The position numbers and the translations under genes were made by a program. The notes beneath the pieces were generated by a model, which had not been told where the DNA came from, searched no databases, and saw only the letters and a program-made list of their open reading frames with translations. A stretch of DNA of 57,548 nt, filler included, from Catajapyx aquilonaris (taxonomy: Eukaryota), in assembly GCA_000934665.2 (NCBI GenBank). It is 3 parts of 3 records of this genome, joined end to end, with 100 filler letters (N's around TTAATTAATTAA, not from the genome) between each part and the next. Parts side by side here need not be neighbours in the genome. Positions count along the whole stretch, not along the records: positions 19,193 to 38,288 come from JYFJ02006531.1; 2 more parts are not named here. One strand, 5' to 3'. Below are positions 23,203-35,319 of the stretch, one piece after another. How positions within the stretch are numbered: the stretch's first letter is position 1; every line of letters starts with the position of its first letter.

Positions 23203-24764
23203 TGAGTGACGCGGACGACCCAGCGATGGGTCTCTTCTGCCTGCTTACACAGTATCTGCAGGGATGTGCAGGAGAAAACGGGAAAATAAGCAAGCCACAT
23301 TGGGAAAATTATCCCTGGACTCAAAGGTTTTCGTCCACATCACACGAAATATATTCCATCCTTGAGGAGGGGGTGTCAATTAAGATCAGGGGTGTGCTAA
23401 TTGAAAGTGCTTCAACTGACGTACAGATTCTTTTGGTTTTTGTGTCTTTTCCGCGTACTTCGACACCTCTAAGACGAATGGAGACCATGCCCCGTATGTC
23501 AGACACCATGTCAGTCTCGTAATTTGTCCCCAAAGACGTCATATCTCAAAATGGCTTCCGCTGTTCCGCATAATGATACGAGTAGGCTACGTGTCGTTCG
23601 CGTCATATTCGCGCCAGGAAGAGATACACGACTAACATGACACGTACAGGGGTTGGACACAATAATATGAACACCTGCAACAAGCGTTAGTCGTGTATCT
23701 CTTGATTCTCTTCCTAGCGCGAATATGACGCGAACGACATGTACTCATATATGCGGAACAGCGGAAGCCATTTTGAGATATGACGACGTCTTTGGGGACA
23801 AATTACGAAACTGACGTGGTGTCTGACATACGAGGCATGGTCTCCATTCGTCTTAGAGGTGTCGACGTACAAGGAAAAGACACAAAAACCTAAAGAATCT
23901 GTACGTCAGTTGACGCACTTTGAATTAGCACACCCCTGATCTCAATCATTGACACCCCCTCCTCAGGGGTGGAATATATTTCGTGTGCTGTGGACGAAAA
24001 CCTTTCTTTGAGTCCAAGGATAATTTTCCCAACGTGGTTTGCTTCTAACATCATTATTTTCCCGTTTTCTCCTGCGTATCCCTGCAGATACTGTGTAAGC
24101 AGGCAGAAGAGACCCATCGCTGGGTCGTCCGCGTCACTCACTCGATTTGTAAACAGTGTCAACAATGGAAGAACTCTCCATGTGCTGATGTTTGAATTGG
24201 CCCGCCGGACGGGGTTGCCAGGGAACGCAGCGCCGTTGCCGACAGAAAAAAAAAAACATTCAGCGACGGCTAATGTGTCCAGCACTGTAGGAGCAAAGAT
24301 GCTCGGGCCTGCCACTCAATCGCGCGGTCGAGCAACTTCCTAGCCACTCCGAGCCCACAGACGCCTACCCTCGCCACTGCAGTGGCCACGTGTGAATGCT
24401 CCCATTTAATCCTGTGTGTAAGCAATGGTGGCCAGTTGCTGTGGCGAGCGTCTACCACTAAAAGTGGCCACTTGTTAACCGGCCGTAGGGCAATTGTGGG
24501 CAGGGGGTTCACGATGCTATTTTGTTTACCCGCCTCCAGCACGATTCTTGCACCATCTAGATGCCAGACTAAATTTTAATAGGCAGAGCTTCAAAACTTA
24601 GTAAAGGTCATCTCTGTCTATGGAACTGTTTTAGAATTTTAAAATATGTCAATGACTAATGAAGAGACTTATCATGTAGCCTACACAGTACAGTATAAAG
24701 CATTGCTAAATGAGTTTGCTTTGCATCAGCCTGCAAACTTGTAATAGTGCATTTTGTCTTACAG

Positions 24765-26540
24765 ACCATAAAATGCCTTCTTATTGTGCCCAACCCGGAA
24801 TCTGCCCTGAATGAGGAAGCCGGCAAGTTACTCCTGGAGCATTATGATGACTATGTCCAGCGTGCTAAGATGATGACTGAGATTCATGCTCAGGTATGGT
24901 TCATTAATTACTTCTGGTGAGAGTGGGAGTACAGATTGTAAATCTTGAAAATATGTGTGAATTTAAGCTTTTATGTGATACTGTTGCACTTCATTTACTT
25001 GGTGTGTGTTAGAAACAGCTGAATCGTGCATCACACTGGTGAGTTTGTAACTGAGAATAGGCTAATACTATCAATTTCAAATGTTTCAACCTCAAATGTT
25101 TCAACCTCAGTTGGCACCAGAATTGCACAAATACTGTACTATTGTTCATAAAAATTCGTGGGATATGTCACAAGAAAGCCTGATTCAATCAGTTGGACAG
25201 GATACAAATAGTTCTTGATGTCAGTGAGCAAGTAAAAGCACAGTCCACATGAAGTTTTAAAGACCCCCATTTTTGTGACATTCAATGCGTGGAGCCAATT
25301 TGGGATTTTTCTCTTGTGAATGCACAGAAAAATTGTTCCGTGGGCCAATGATGATTGAAATGCTTATCTATACAGATATGTTGTTAAAACTCTGAATTGT
25401 AACAATTTGTTTAAAATTATGGATACCCCGTGATACTTGGAGCTTTTAAGGGATCATCTTTTAATTGACCAACTTGATTCATTTCCTTTGCTGTGATGGA
25501 TTTTGATTGTGGGGGGAAACGGGAAAGAGCTTCGAGAAAAACCAAGTGAACATGAAGAGAACCCATCAAAACTCTCTCCATATAAGTATCCTCTGTCTGA
25601 CCTGAGGATCAAACTTGAGACCTCAGAGGTGGAAGGCTGTGGCGATAACCACTCCACCACCGTGCCACCCGATTGTAACAATTGTTGTCTTTTTGTCATA
25701 ACCACCAAGCATAAGAACTTAGCATTTTTGCTTGTTACCGGCCCATGAATGCATTCTACAATGATATGGTGACAAGACAAGATGCATTGGGGGTTTATCG
25801 GATTTCATTGTTAGAAGCAAGGGCAGATTTGATCATGCACAAGGGGCAGGAAGAGTGGGCTCAGAGCAGGAGCACAGGAGCATACACCATCTTTCCCACA
25901 GCTTGTGCATGGCCAAATCTGTTTTTCCGTCCGACAGTGAAATCCAATAGACCACCCAAAACACATTCGTCTTGTCTCCGTGTCCTTGTTGAATGCATTC
26001 CTGGTGAAGTAACAGGCTTAATGCGAAGTTTCTATGTCCAGTAGTTGTGAAGATAGCTAATACCAAAACGGACCACATACTTGGAATCCTGAAGTCTTGC
26101 TTGATTTTTGGAGCCCAACATGCAAAATCACTAATCCCTTTCTTTGATACACTGTGGAGGACTGTGCAACATGTGTGTGCTTGGCTGCTGAGGACGTTGA
26201 TCTTGAAGGACCAAGGCATGATTCCATGAACAATTCATGACCAACATCTACTCTTTCTGAAGCACATTCATTTATTCTTGAATATTGGCAAAAGGACGAC
26301 TTGTGATTCTCCTTTAGCAAGGTTTCTATACAATGATTTCTAACTCGGCCTTTCTTCTCCCACCTGAAGGCAACCAAGAGTTCAAAAAGTGAGAGTGAGG
26401 GTGCAGCATCTGTTTCAGCCACTGCAGATGGGCCTGTGGCTAAGAAGCGTGCTGGGGAAAAGAACATCCTGGGAGAAAAGAATGGTGCTGACAAGAAAAA
26501 AAGTACGAAGGACAAGAAGCGGACTCTGAAAAGGTTATGA
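24765..26540 (+). CDS. UBE2S: Ubiquitin-conjugating enzyme E2 S, last two exons
   Basis: Exon 24765-24893 [43 protein letters not shown]; exon 26370-26540 ends with the diagnostic basic tail [10 protein letters not shown]. Upstream exons not found and presumably lie in gap 1. Confidence 0.92.
25420..25669 (-). mobile_element. tRNA-derived SINE family 2 (V-SINE-like), degenerate copy in UBE2S intron
   Basis: Homologous along its length to 34301-34569. Confidence 0.8.
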
Positions 26541-27619
26541 ATTGTTTACAGTGGGACCTGAGTGTGATGATTGTGTTCATAAGGGTGAGAGGAAAGGGGC
26601 GTGAAAGACTGGCGTCGTCATATTTTTTTAGGTAAGAAGAGCGACAAGTTGTGCGATAGGTCCATGTCCCGTTTTTGAGAAACAATATGTGCCTAGATTG
26701 AGGGGGATGGTCAGGAAGTGAAGTGGGCAATGACAGGAACTTTTTTGTTAGCTGCCTTCGAATGAAATTTTGTACTCCATTGATTAGAAACAATTCCTCT
26801 TAATTCAAGCTGCTGGCAAGGTATTCTCTGTGTAACATGAGCATGTAAGATTGTGGTTTGCAGAAATTGATTTAATTTATCATATGAAGTGAATAGTTGC
26901 TGACTCCATTAGATTAGAATATGTGAGGCCTGATTAAATTGTCCGAAAGTGGGGGGAGTTGTAGGGAAAAATACACTTGCAAACATATGTTAATGAATGA
27001 TTCACCCTACCCCATCAGTTGGCGTAGGATTGTGACCCATACTCTCATTTAAAAAAAACAAAATCTTTCAAGATTGGGACGGAGGTGCCCTCTAATTTTC
27101 AGGCTGTAAAATTGAAGAAATTCTTTCTACTTGGATTTGCAACACCTGTACGGAAATGTCATAGTCCTCCAGCAGCAGTAGGTACCAGTCCAAAGGGTGA
27201 CTTAAGGGTGCATAAAGTGAGCTCACACCAGCAGTGTCTATTGCAAAATATTCAGCAAACACTTGGGCAACTTTTCTAGCAGTCAATTACGCAAGCACTC
27301 AAATACAAGGGCTAAATATATACATAAATTAACGAAGTTCTTCTCAATATCCTTTCCAGCAACCCATTCACTCAGCTTCTAGAGCCAAATTTGTTTGCTT
27401 ATGGTTTGCTAGGTATTTTAATAGGGTCCTTGACCAAATATTAAATTAATATAACTTATTTCAAAAAGTTGTTTATTTTACAACATCAGGTCAAGCTCAA
27501 AAGGATTGTTAAATTTGATATAGGTGCATTTGAAAATTTCTTGCTATATTTTAATCACCATGTTGCAGAATAAGCAAAGAACAAATGTTGTCCTCTAGTC
27601 CGCTTGTAGAGACATTATA

Positions 27620-28043
27620 CAGGGTGAAGGGAAACTTGCGGACACACCAGGTAGACTGATGGTACTCGTGGAAGTAATGTAGGGATGTGCAATTAGTTTT
27701 GGGTGCCGTTGCGTTGATGCATACAGCTCCTTTGAAGTGTAGAGGGCCGGATGGTAAAATACGAGGTGAAAACTACGAAGTGAACGGGTGTCGTACCCGG
27801 ATTCTTATTCTCACGTGATTTGATCACCTATGGTACATGGATGATGTGTTACGGACCCAAGGGTGGATTGTTCGGAGGCCCTCAAGCTGGCTTTTACAGA
27901 ATGGATGTACCAGCACGAAACTTTGACGGTGCCATACGCATTAACTATGCAGCGGCGCCCAAAACTAATTGCACATCCCTATATTAGTTTTGCGAGTTCT
28001 ATAAGTTTACCTGGCGATTGTCCACGAGTTTCCCTTCACCCTG
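27620..28043. mobile_element. mariner-type MITE
   Basis: TA|CAGGGTGAAGGGAAACT..AGTTTCCCTTCACCCTG|TA. Confidence 0.88.
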
Positions 28044-28467
28044 TATATGAGTAATGTCATTCAATACTTGGCTCATATCCAGATTAGTAAAAATCTCACA
28101 GACTCTAAGGTTCACTTTCCTACAAGTTTTGACTGGAATCGCACATATTTTTTAAGCGTGCATTAAATGGCCTTTCCAATGATCTGTATAACTTGCTGCC
28201 AATTTAAAGTGAGGTACAGGAAATAGTGAAAATTAGGGTTCATACGATTTTTACTAATGCAGATATGAGCTGACATGAAAAGCAGCATGTTGAAATTCAC
28301 CGGGTCATCCCTTGAGAGGCAGTGATATTTTATCCTGATTATGATGATTATTATTATTGCTCCCCAGTTGAATGGTACCATGGAATAGTTGGAGGTTCTG
28401 GTTTTAGATCTTACTGCCCTATAACGCTAGATCGGCCAAATGTCCCATATTATATTGGAGCAATATA

Positions 28468-29046
28468 CAGGGTATTTCAGAGTCACGGGAAAAATCGTAG
28501 GTGGGGACAACACCGGTCGGTTTTATAAAACAATTAGAAATATGGCAGTAATCAATTTATTTATTACGGCCGTACGGCGTGACGTCACATCCTACTTTCT
28601 GTTCGAATCGAGTGGCGGGGACTGACAGGTGCACTAAGTCCTTGAACCTGCTTGAGCAGCTTTTTAGCCTTGCGGTTGCACTGACAAAGGTGCCCTCATG
28701 TTATGCTGGTAGGGTACTGTACAAAGTAGTGTACTACTGTACAGTGGTGTGTTCAGTACCCTGCTGGTGTAGCAGGAAAGCGCCTTTTTCAGTGCAACCC
28801 GCAAGGCTAAAAAGGTGCTCAAGCAGATTCAAGGACTTCAAGCAAGCGCACCTGTCACTCCGCGCCACTCGATTCGAACAGAAAGTAGGATGTGACGTCA
28901 CGCCGTACGGCCGTAATAAATAAATTGAATACTGCCGTATTTCTAATTGTTTTATAAAACCGACCGGTGTTGTCGCCACCTACGATTTCTCCCCCCCCCN
29001 NTCCCCCCCTGCGCGCGCGCTTGACCCGTGACTCTGAAACACCCTG
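28468..29046. mobile_element. mariner-type palindromic MITE (~230-bp arms)
   Basis: TA|CAGGGTATTTCAGAGTCACGGG..CCCGTGACTCTGAAACACCCTG|TA. Confidence 0.9.
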
Positions 29047-30405
29047 TATACTACAGTATATCACACAAAAAGAAGAAGACTATTTTGCATGGAAACTAAA
29101 TGCAAAATCGTATTCATCTTTTTGAGCGTTATAGTACAGCATAGGGTTGAATAGTGGAATTTTTTGATACACTGAGACTTGGATTATTATTTTTGATCGG
29201 GTATTCAGGAACAAAATACAAACTTAATATGTACACTGTTCTGAAACAAATTACCAACAGCCATGTAACACTAGTAAGAACTAAAACAAATCCTGATAAT
29301 TTCTGTAATGATACCAGCTTCCCAGTGAGAAAGTGGGAGAGAGAACTTGTAGAGTGCTGCATTTCAATACATAATTTGCATTAATACTAGTGTCTGTCAA
29401 AATTACTTGTGTGCTTTTGTGGCAAAGTTACAGGTATTGGGGTATTTGGTTAGGATGTATGGCAGTCAGCCTGCATTCCATAGTCTCCATCTTGAGCTGC
29501 CACTCATTACACCCACTGCCTCCAGCAAATTTAGTTGCATTTTAGTTGCCCAAGTCCACTTGGTTTTGAATGCATAATGATACCAATAATTCTGAACCAT
29601 TCCTTATTTGCTAGGCACATTGCTTATATGTATGAATGTTTTCCAGAGAACTGCACTATTAGTCAAACAGGCGAATGAGTTTATATGAAGTGTGTGACTG
29701 GTCAGTGTTGGACAGAATGAAGACATCCAGTGGAGTTTACTTTCTTTCTGTCTTGTGTTTGTGTGTGAATAACCGATATGGCTCTAGTGAAGAATGGGTG
29801 ATGTGTTTATGCTGCACCTTTGCCCCTTTGGCACTACCATCATGGATATAGGAGGATATAGGAGTAATATGATATGGCTCTGCCTTACTGTCTGGCTAGC
29901 ATGTGAGACTTGGAAAATTTTGCCTGTTAACCTGCTTTCGTCCCTGTTGTTCATGGGAGCCTTTCATCCCTCCTGTTTCAATGAGGAAAGTGCCGGCATG
30001 GATTCCAAAATAGTTTCTGATTCTTCATTGGGTCATTGTATGAGGCAGTCTAGAGAGCCTGCAACCACTAGGGCCAGTTGTATAAAAGCAATTTAGGGAA
30101 CATATGCGATTATGTGTAGGTATTCATAATGCATAATCTGACATATTTGGAGATTTTTCTCCTTAATCTGAGTTGATACATACAGATCTAAATGTCATTT
30201 AAAGGATCTCTTCCAAGATTGATTTTGCAATGGGGCACAATAATTTTTATTGGAAGTTCCTAATAATACCTAATAATAACCAGCATTTGTCTGGCCTCCC
30301 TTGAAGTGTGTCCCAACATATGAGAACTATAGAGAGTGAACCTGTTGTGCCCTCTCATTATTGAATGGAGAAAGTGATTACTATGGTAGCTACATGCACC
30401 TAGGT

Positions 30406-30942
30406 CAGTGGTTCCCAACCTAGGGGTCGCAAAACCTTTTCTGGTGGGTCGCGCGGTGGCTGGGGTTATTTTCACTTGCCATAAATTTTATAGTAAATTT
30501 GACCGCAAAGGTTTTTAAACTCTTACATGTTTTAATATGTCCACACTAAATAAGGAAGGAGTATGCCTTACTGGCTTGCGGGAGGCGGCAGGGTGAGTAG
30601 TGCAGTGGGGGGCAGCTTCGCTGTGTCGCAAAGGCAGGAATGAAGTATTGATTTTTTGGATTTTGGAAGGGGTATGCTGTACCAACCTAACCTAACCAAG
30701 CCTAACCTTCCTTCTTTGCTGATACAGACCTGTCTTCAGCAGATACACACCTATCCTTTATCCTTGCCTGTGCGACACAGCCATCTGCCCCACCGACTAC
30801 TACCCTCCCGCACGCCAGTAAGGCCAACTCTATCCCTAAATAAATCTTTACTAATACTGGGGCGGGGGGGGGGAGGGGGGGTGTCGGAGGTTGTCGACTA
30901 TCATAAAAGGGGGCTCGACCCGAAAAAGGTTGGGAACCACTG
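30406..30942. mobile_element. hAT (Charlie-like) MITE
   Basis: CAGTGGTTCCCAACCT TIRs; 8-bp TSD ACCTAGGT / ACCTAGAG. Confidence 0.9.
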
Positions 30943-31572
30943 ACCTAGAGGTGATGAGTCAATGCATGTAGGGACAGAGTTGAATGCCTAGCAAAATCTA
31001 TATTTGATTGGGTAAAAAAATGAAACTCAGTTATATACCACATTATTAAATTATTATTATTTACTGAAGCGGGGAAAACTTGTGCTCGAGAGTTGAGAAT
31101 TTGCATTGTTATTGCATTTGTAATGTCCCCTGAAGACACTAGAAACATTCCAGAATTTTCATTATAAATGACTGGTAGATGATGGCCAAATTTTTGAGTT
31201 GCATATTGTTCACTATTAATAGGATTTTAAATGCGTGCTAACATGATTCCTCATTGTACTCATACCCCATTTCAAGTGTTGCCACATTGTTCAACCAGTA
31301 AGGATTTTATTAAATATTAGTTTAAGTGAACCACATGCAAATTTAAACAAAATTGGCAAATCACGTGAGCATTATTATAGTAGACTTTTTCTCGTTCTTT
31401 CAAGTATGAAACTTGATGGGTAACATCATGGTGGCTGAGGACTTGCATCCTTGCTTGCATCGCAAACCGGTCTAACTTCAAGAATTAATTACACAGCCCC
31501 TGTTCCAGAGTGCCAGGTAAAACCCAGCCAGGGTAAATCCCCGACACACATGGTCAGAAATCCACGGAAACT

Positions 31573-31904
31573 AAAGGACATGGCACAAAATGTATGGGCC
31601 AGTGACCTTCTGTTCGATTTGTCTGAAAATGGGATATGTTGTAGTTGTAGCCCAGACTGTCCTGATCAATGTTAGATAGGGACATTTTGAGGTAGGACCT
31701 ACAGGGAGCATGCTAATGACCTCCGAAGGTAATATGGGGAGTATAGTAACTACTCCCCATATTATATTAGTATGCTCCCTGTACATCCTACCTAGAAATG
31801 TCCCAATCCAACATTGATCAGGACAGTCTGGGCTACAACATATCCCATTTTCAGGCAAATCGAACGGAAAGCCACTGGCCCATACATTTTGTGCCATGTC
31901 CTTT
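31573..31904. mobile_element. Palindromic MITE (possibly Kolobok-like)
   Basis: AAAGGACATGGCACAAAATG..CATTTTGTGCCATGTCCTTT; nearly the whole element is a hairpin. Confidence 0.8.
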
Positions 31905-32813
31905 CGAAATCCAACGATAACCCTCCCGTAATGTAGACTTGTGCGTATAAAATTAACTCAGAGAACCGGAAGTGGTGGGTGACCGGAACTTGACCATGAC
32001 ACCTGTTTAGGTCATGCTTAATTCAAATCTGAAAATTGTTTGCCGCTATCTCTTGTGGTTGAGGCCCTGATACATGTCCACAGACGGACAGAGCCATTCT
32101 ATAAGAATTTTTTTCGGTGATGAGAAAAACTCTAAAAATATGCCTCATCTCCCATTGTCATAAAAATGAGAATGGAAATTCTGGAAGATTCCTAGTGCTT
32201 ATGTAACTTTCAAATGCAGAAAATTCTCAACTTTCAAAGTTGAAGCACAAGTTTCCCTACTTTAAAACTGAGTTTCACTTATAAATCTAATATTACTGGA
32301 ACAATTTCCAATAAAAGTTATTGTGCCATATCGCAAAATCAATACTGGAAGAGATCCTTTGTTTTTCAAATGGACCTGCAGGCATACACAATTCCTGTGG
32401 AGGACATCCAACTTTCCTTTAACATGTCTTGTATTGAGATGTGTGGCGTAATTGTAGCACTTTGAAGTCATATTGACAAGAGTGATGCTTTAACGTGTGA
32501 GAACTTAGCCTAGATTTAGCCTGGGTTTTGTCAATATTGATTAATAGCAGTGGTATTGGTGTGTTGTGGGTTTACTCCTTTATAAGCATGAAGTTCATCC
32601 TATCTAAATTTCTGTGAATCCCCTCCCCCATTCCTTATTATGTTCAATTTCTATTGAAACTTGATAATTTATTTTTCCAAGGTAACCTAACCTTTTTTAT
32701 GAAAATAACTTGTGAAGCTTTTTTAAAAGGGTATGTGCATGATGTGTTGTTTTGTTAGTGTTAAAGAGGTAAAATTTATTGCCTGTGAGAAAAAATTAAC
32801 ACACATGCTCATA

Positions 32814-33260
32814 TGAGGTTCATTCCAATGAAAACTATCCAAAGAGTATATAAGAAAGATATTCCAACTTACCTTTAAAATAATCACCATGGCCTTGAAC
32901 CCATATATTATGTCTTGCATAGAAGGTGATGGGTTGCTAGAGGAACCATTCCCAAAGAGCATCCTGCACCATCCGTCCTAGTGAAATTGGTGACCCCGCA
33001 GGTGTTTTTAAGCTCCCGAAAAATGTGGAGGTCACGGGGACAAATCTGGACTTATGCCGGATGCTGAAGTGTTTCCTATGTGAATTTGGAAGAGCAATCC
33101 TGAATGACTTTCTCAGTGTGGGAGTGGGTGTTATCATGAAGAGGAATAACTCCTGCATTGAGCATTCCTGGCTGCTTAGACCTGAGTGATGCTAAAGTGC
33201 ATGGATGGTTATCTTGACCTTGGTTATTGACCACAAGGGCCCACTGTTAATCGAGTTCCT
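32814..33260 (-). mobile_element. mariner transposase relic (3' part)
   Basis: Degenerate GVIPLHDN..HP..SPDL..FGSLK..VQDALWEWF; TIR-like tatgaggttcattccaatgaaaac at the left end. Confidence 0.75.
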
Positions 33261-33559
33261 CACTTCCAGAAACATCAGGGTTCGAAATTAGCTGCCACCA
33301 GTCGTATTTTGTGACTTAAATATAATTATATCAATTGGCAATCGAAGTAAGATATTTCCACTTTTGGCGACTAGCTTTTTCCTCCAAAAATGCATTTGTG
33401 TCAATAATAAAATTATTTCTCAGGTTCTGGTCACATATTTTCAGTTTATTTCCTGACGAAGCTCTTAGCGACTCGGTGGTGTTGGCGCCCTATTAACAAT
33501 TCATTTTTAAAATGTGACAATGTTTAAAACAAGAATGGCAACCACACCTTGGTTTCATC

Positions 33560-34257
33560 AGACACCACTTGGTGACCTGCTTACATGTCTCACTGTCAGT
33601 TTTGACTGCTGAGAAACATCATAAACATTGCATGGTACTTTCAAGATAATACCAGTGCCCACACTGTGAGAATCGTCCCGGGTTGCCTTTGCAAATTCAG
33701 ATAAGAAACACTCCAGCATCCACATACAGTCCAGATTTGTCCCTGTAACATCACCATTTTTTGGAAGCTTAAAAAGCACCTATTTCAAGTTACCTATTTC
33801 ATTCAGCTGGAGCAGTGCAGGGTGCTGTTTGGGAACTGTTCTGCTAGAAACCCACTGCTTTTTATGCAAAAGGAATTGAACATCTGGCATCACAGTGGGA
33901 TAAGCGCCTTAGGCCTCTTTCACACGGGGCCACCATGGCAGAGCTGCCAGGTCTTTGCAATGCTGCAAGTGGAGCCTTTCACACATGGTGGTTGGCAGCT
34001 TTGCCCATGCACCTCCAGAAATGCTGGTGGCAGGGAAGGCAATTTTCAGCACTGCCAGCTGGCCGCACCGCCACGTGTTTGCATTGAATAATATGAAGCC
34101 TTTCACACAAGACGCGACTTTTCTTGTGGCCAGCATTGCCGCCTAATTTATGCGGCAGCGCTTCCATGGTGGCCTCGTGTGAAAATAGCCTTAATATCCA
34201 TGGCAATTATTTTTTAGCTATGTTACATTTGCCTTGTTTTCATTTGAATGACTCTTG
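33560..34257 (+). mobile_element. Second mariner relic of the same family, interrupted by a MITE
   Basis: QDNTSAHT..ETLQHP..GSLKKHL..YAKGIEHLASQWDKRL[insert]NIHGNYF, ending in a TIR-like gttttcatttgaatgactc. Confidence 0.75.
33912..34190. mobile_element. PIF/Harbinger (Tourist-like) MITE with TTA TSD
   Basis: TTA|GGCCTCTTTCACACG..CGTGTGAAAATAGCC|TTA; removing it restores the mariner reading frame. Confidence 0.88.
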
Positions 34258-34300
34258 GAGAATTATTTGTAAGACTTTCACATCAACTCTGAAAAATTTT

Positions 34301-34569
34301 ATAATAATAATAATCATGGATGCCCGGTGATAGGCCTCCTTGGGCCTCTTAGAGGATCATCTTTTGAATAACCGTCTTTAATCATTGCCTTTGCTGTGAT
34401 GGATTTTGATTGCTGGAGGAAACGGGAGAACCCCGAGAAAACCCATGCAAACACGGAGAGAACCCATCAAAACTATCCACATGAGTGTCCTCTGTCCGAC
34501 CCGGGGATCGAACTCGGGACCTCAGAGGTGGAACGCTGTGGCGCTAACCACTTGGCCACCGTGTCGCCC
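34301..34569 (-). mobile_element. V-SINE-like tRNA-derived SINE, full length
   Basis: Head GGGCGACACGGTGGCCAAGTGGTTAG..GAGTTCGATCCC; core gttctctccgtgtttgcatgggttttctcggggttctcccgtttcctcc; (TAT)n tail; near-perfect TSD TGAAAAATTTTATA / TGAAAATTTTTATA. Confidence 0.85.
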
Positions 34570-34614
34570 TTGAAAATTTTTATATTGAAAATTTATGTTC
34601 CTGTGGAGGACATG

Positions 34615-34706
34615 CAGGTTGTTCCAGATTCGTGGGTCACGTTTCGATAACTGATATAACCCGATAGCAGTTATCAAAAAGTGACCCACAAATCTGGAAC
34701 ACCCTG
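34615..34706. mobile_element. 92-bp mariner-type mini-MITE hairpin
   Basis: CAGGTTGTTCCAGATT..AATCTGGAACACCCTG. Confidence 0.75.
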
Positions 34707-34740
34707 TGTTTCACTTGTTGTATGTGTTCCTAATAATATA

Positions 34741-35319
34741 CCGTATTACCTCTCATAAAGCGGCATGCCTGTGTAGTCGAGGTCGACAAAGTTTTTAGAA
34801 ATGCATGATCTGGTGGCTATACCAGCATGCTGTATAAGGCGAGGTTTTCACATAAGTTACATTATCCTTTCTGAACTTGACATTTGCCTGAAAATCGAAA
34901 TTCACGTAAAGGCTATCGAAAAGGCACATTTTCCGAATAGGGTAGCCATACCATATATTTTAGCCATACCATATATTGTTTTCAATTGCAGTATCTGGCA
35001 ACAATCTCTATTTAAACAGTATGTTGGAGCAGGGGGTTCCCCTGTCAAAGCAGGCTGACGATGGGATTTGCCACACACACTACATTTTTTATATGCACTG
35101 TGCAACAGAACTTGCATATTCTCACATCCTATAACTCGCCCATTTTCATTGTAACATTATTTTAGTACAGTACCAGAAGCATTCCAAAAAATTTGGCAAG
35201 GATCAAAATTATGGAAATCTACCTCGGTTATTGCAGCATGCCGGACACCCCTGGGTTATACCAGCAGGCTGGTCGCCCTCGTTTTATACCACCACTCTGC
35301 TTTATGAGAGGTAATACGG
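34741..35319. mobile_element. Tc2/pogo-type MITE
   Basis: TA|CCGTATTACCTCTCATAAAGC..GCTTTATGAGAGGTAATACGG|TA. Confidence 0.88.

Larger units (their letters stand above)
21916..24287. mobile_element. Long-TIR (~580-bp arms) member of the CAGTGCTGGACA MITE family with nested insertion
   Basis: TA TSD; arms 21916-22062 plus 23206-~23636 mirror ~23686-24287. Confidence 0.9.
20641..24485. mobile_element. Old PIF/Harbinger-like MITE split by nested insertions
   Basis: TAA|GGGCCTGTTCACACGTGCCCACTTT at left versus degenerate aaagtggccacttgttaaccggcc at right; agacgctcgccacagca / tgctgtggcgagcgtct inverted pair. Confidence 0.55.

Noticed and set aside
23166..24343. Recurrent ORFs ([14 protein letters not shown] / [13 protein letters not shown]), also at 10.5, 15.5 and 21.8 kb
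   Set aside because: Translations of MITE inverted arms with indels between copies; no recognisable domain.
25346..25399. ATGATGA...CTGA box C/D-like pair in UBE2S intron
   Set aside because: Only ~50 nt, weak terminal stem, and no guide target could be established.
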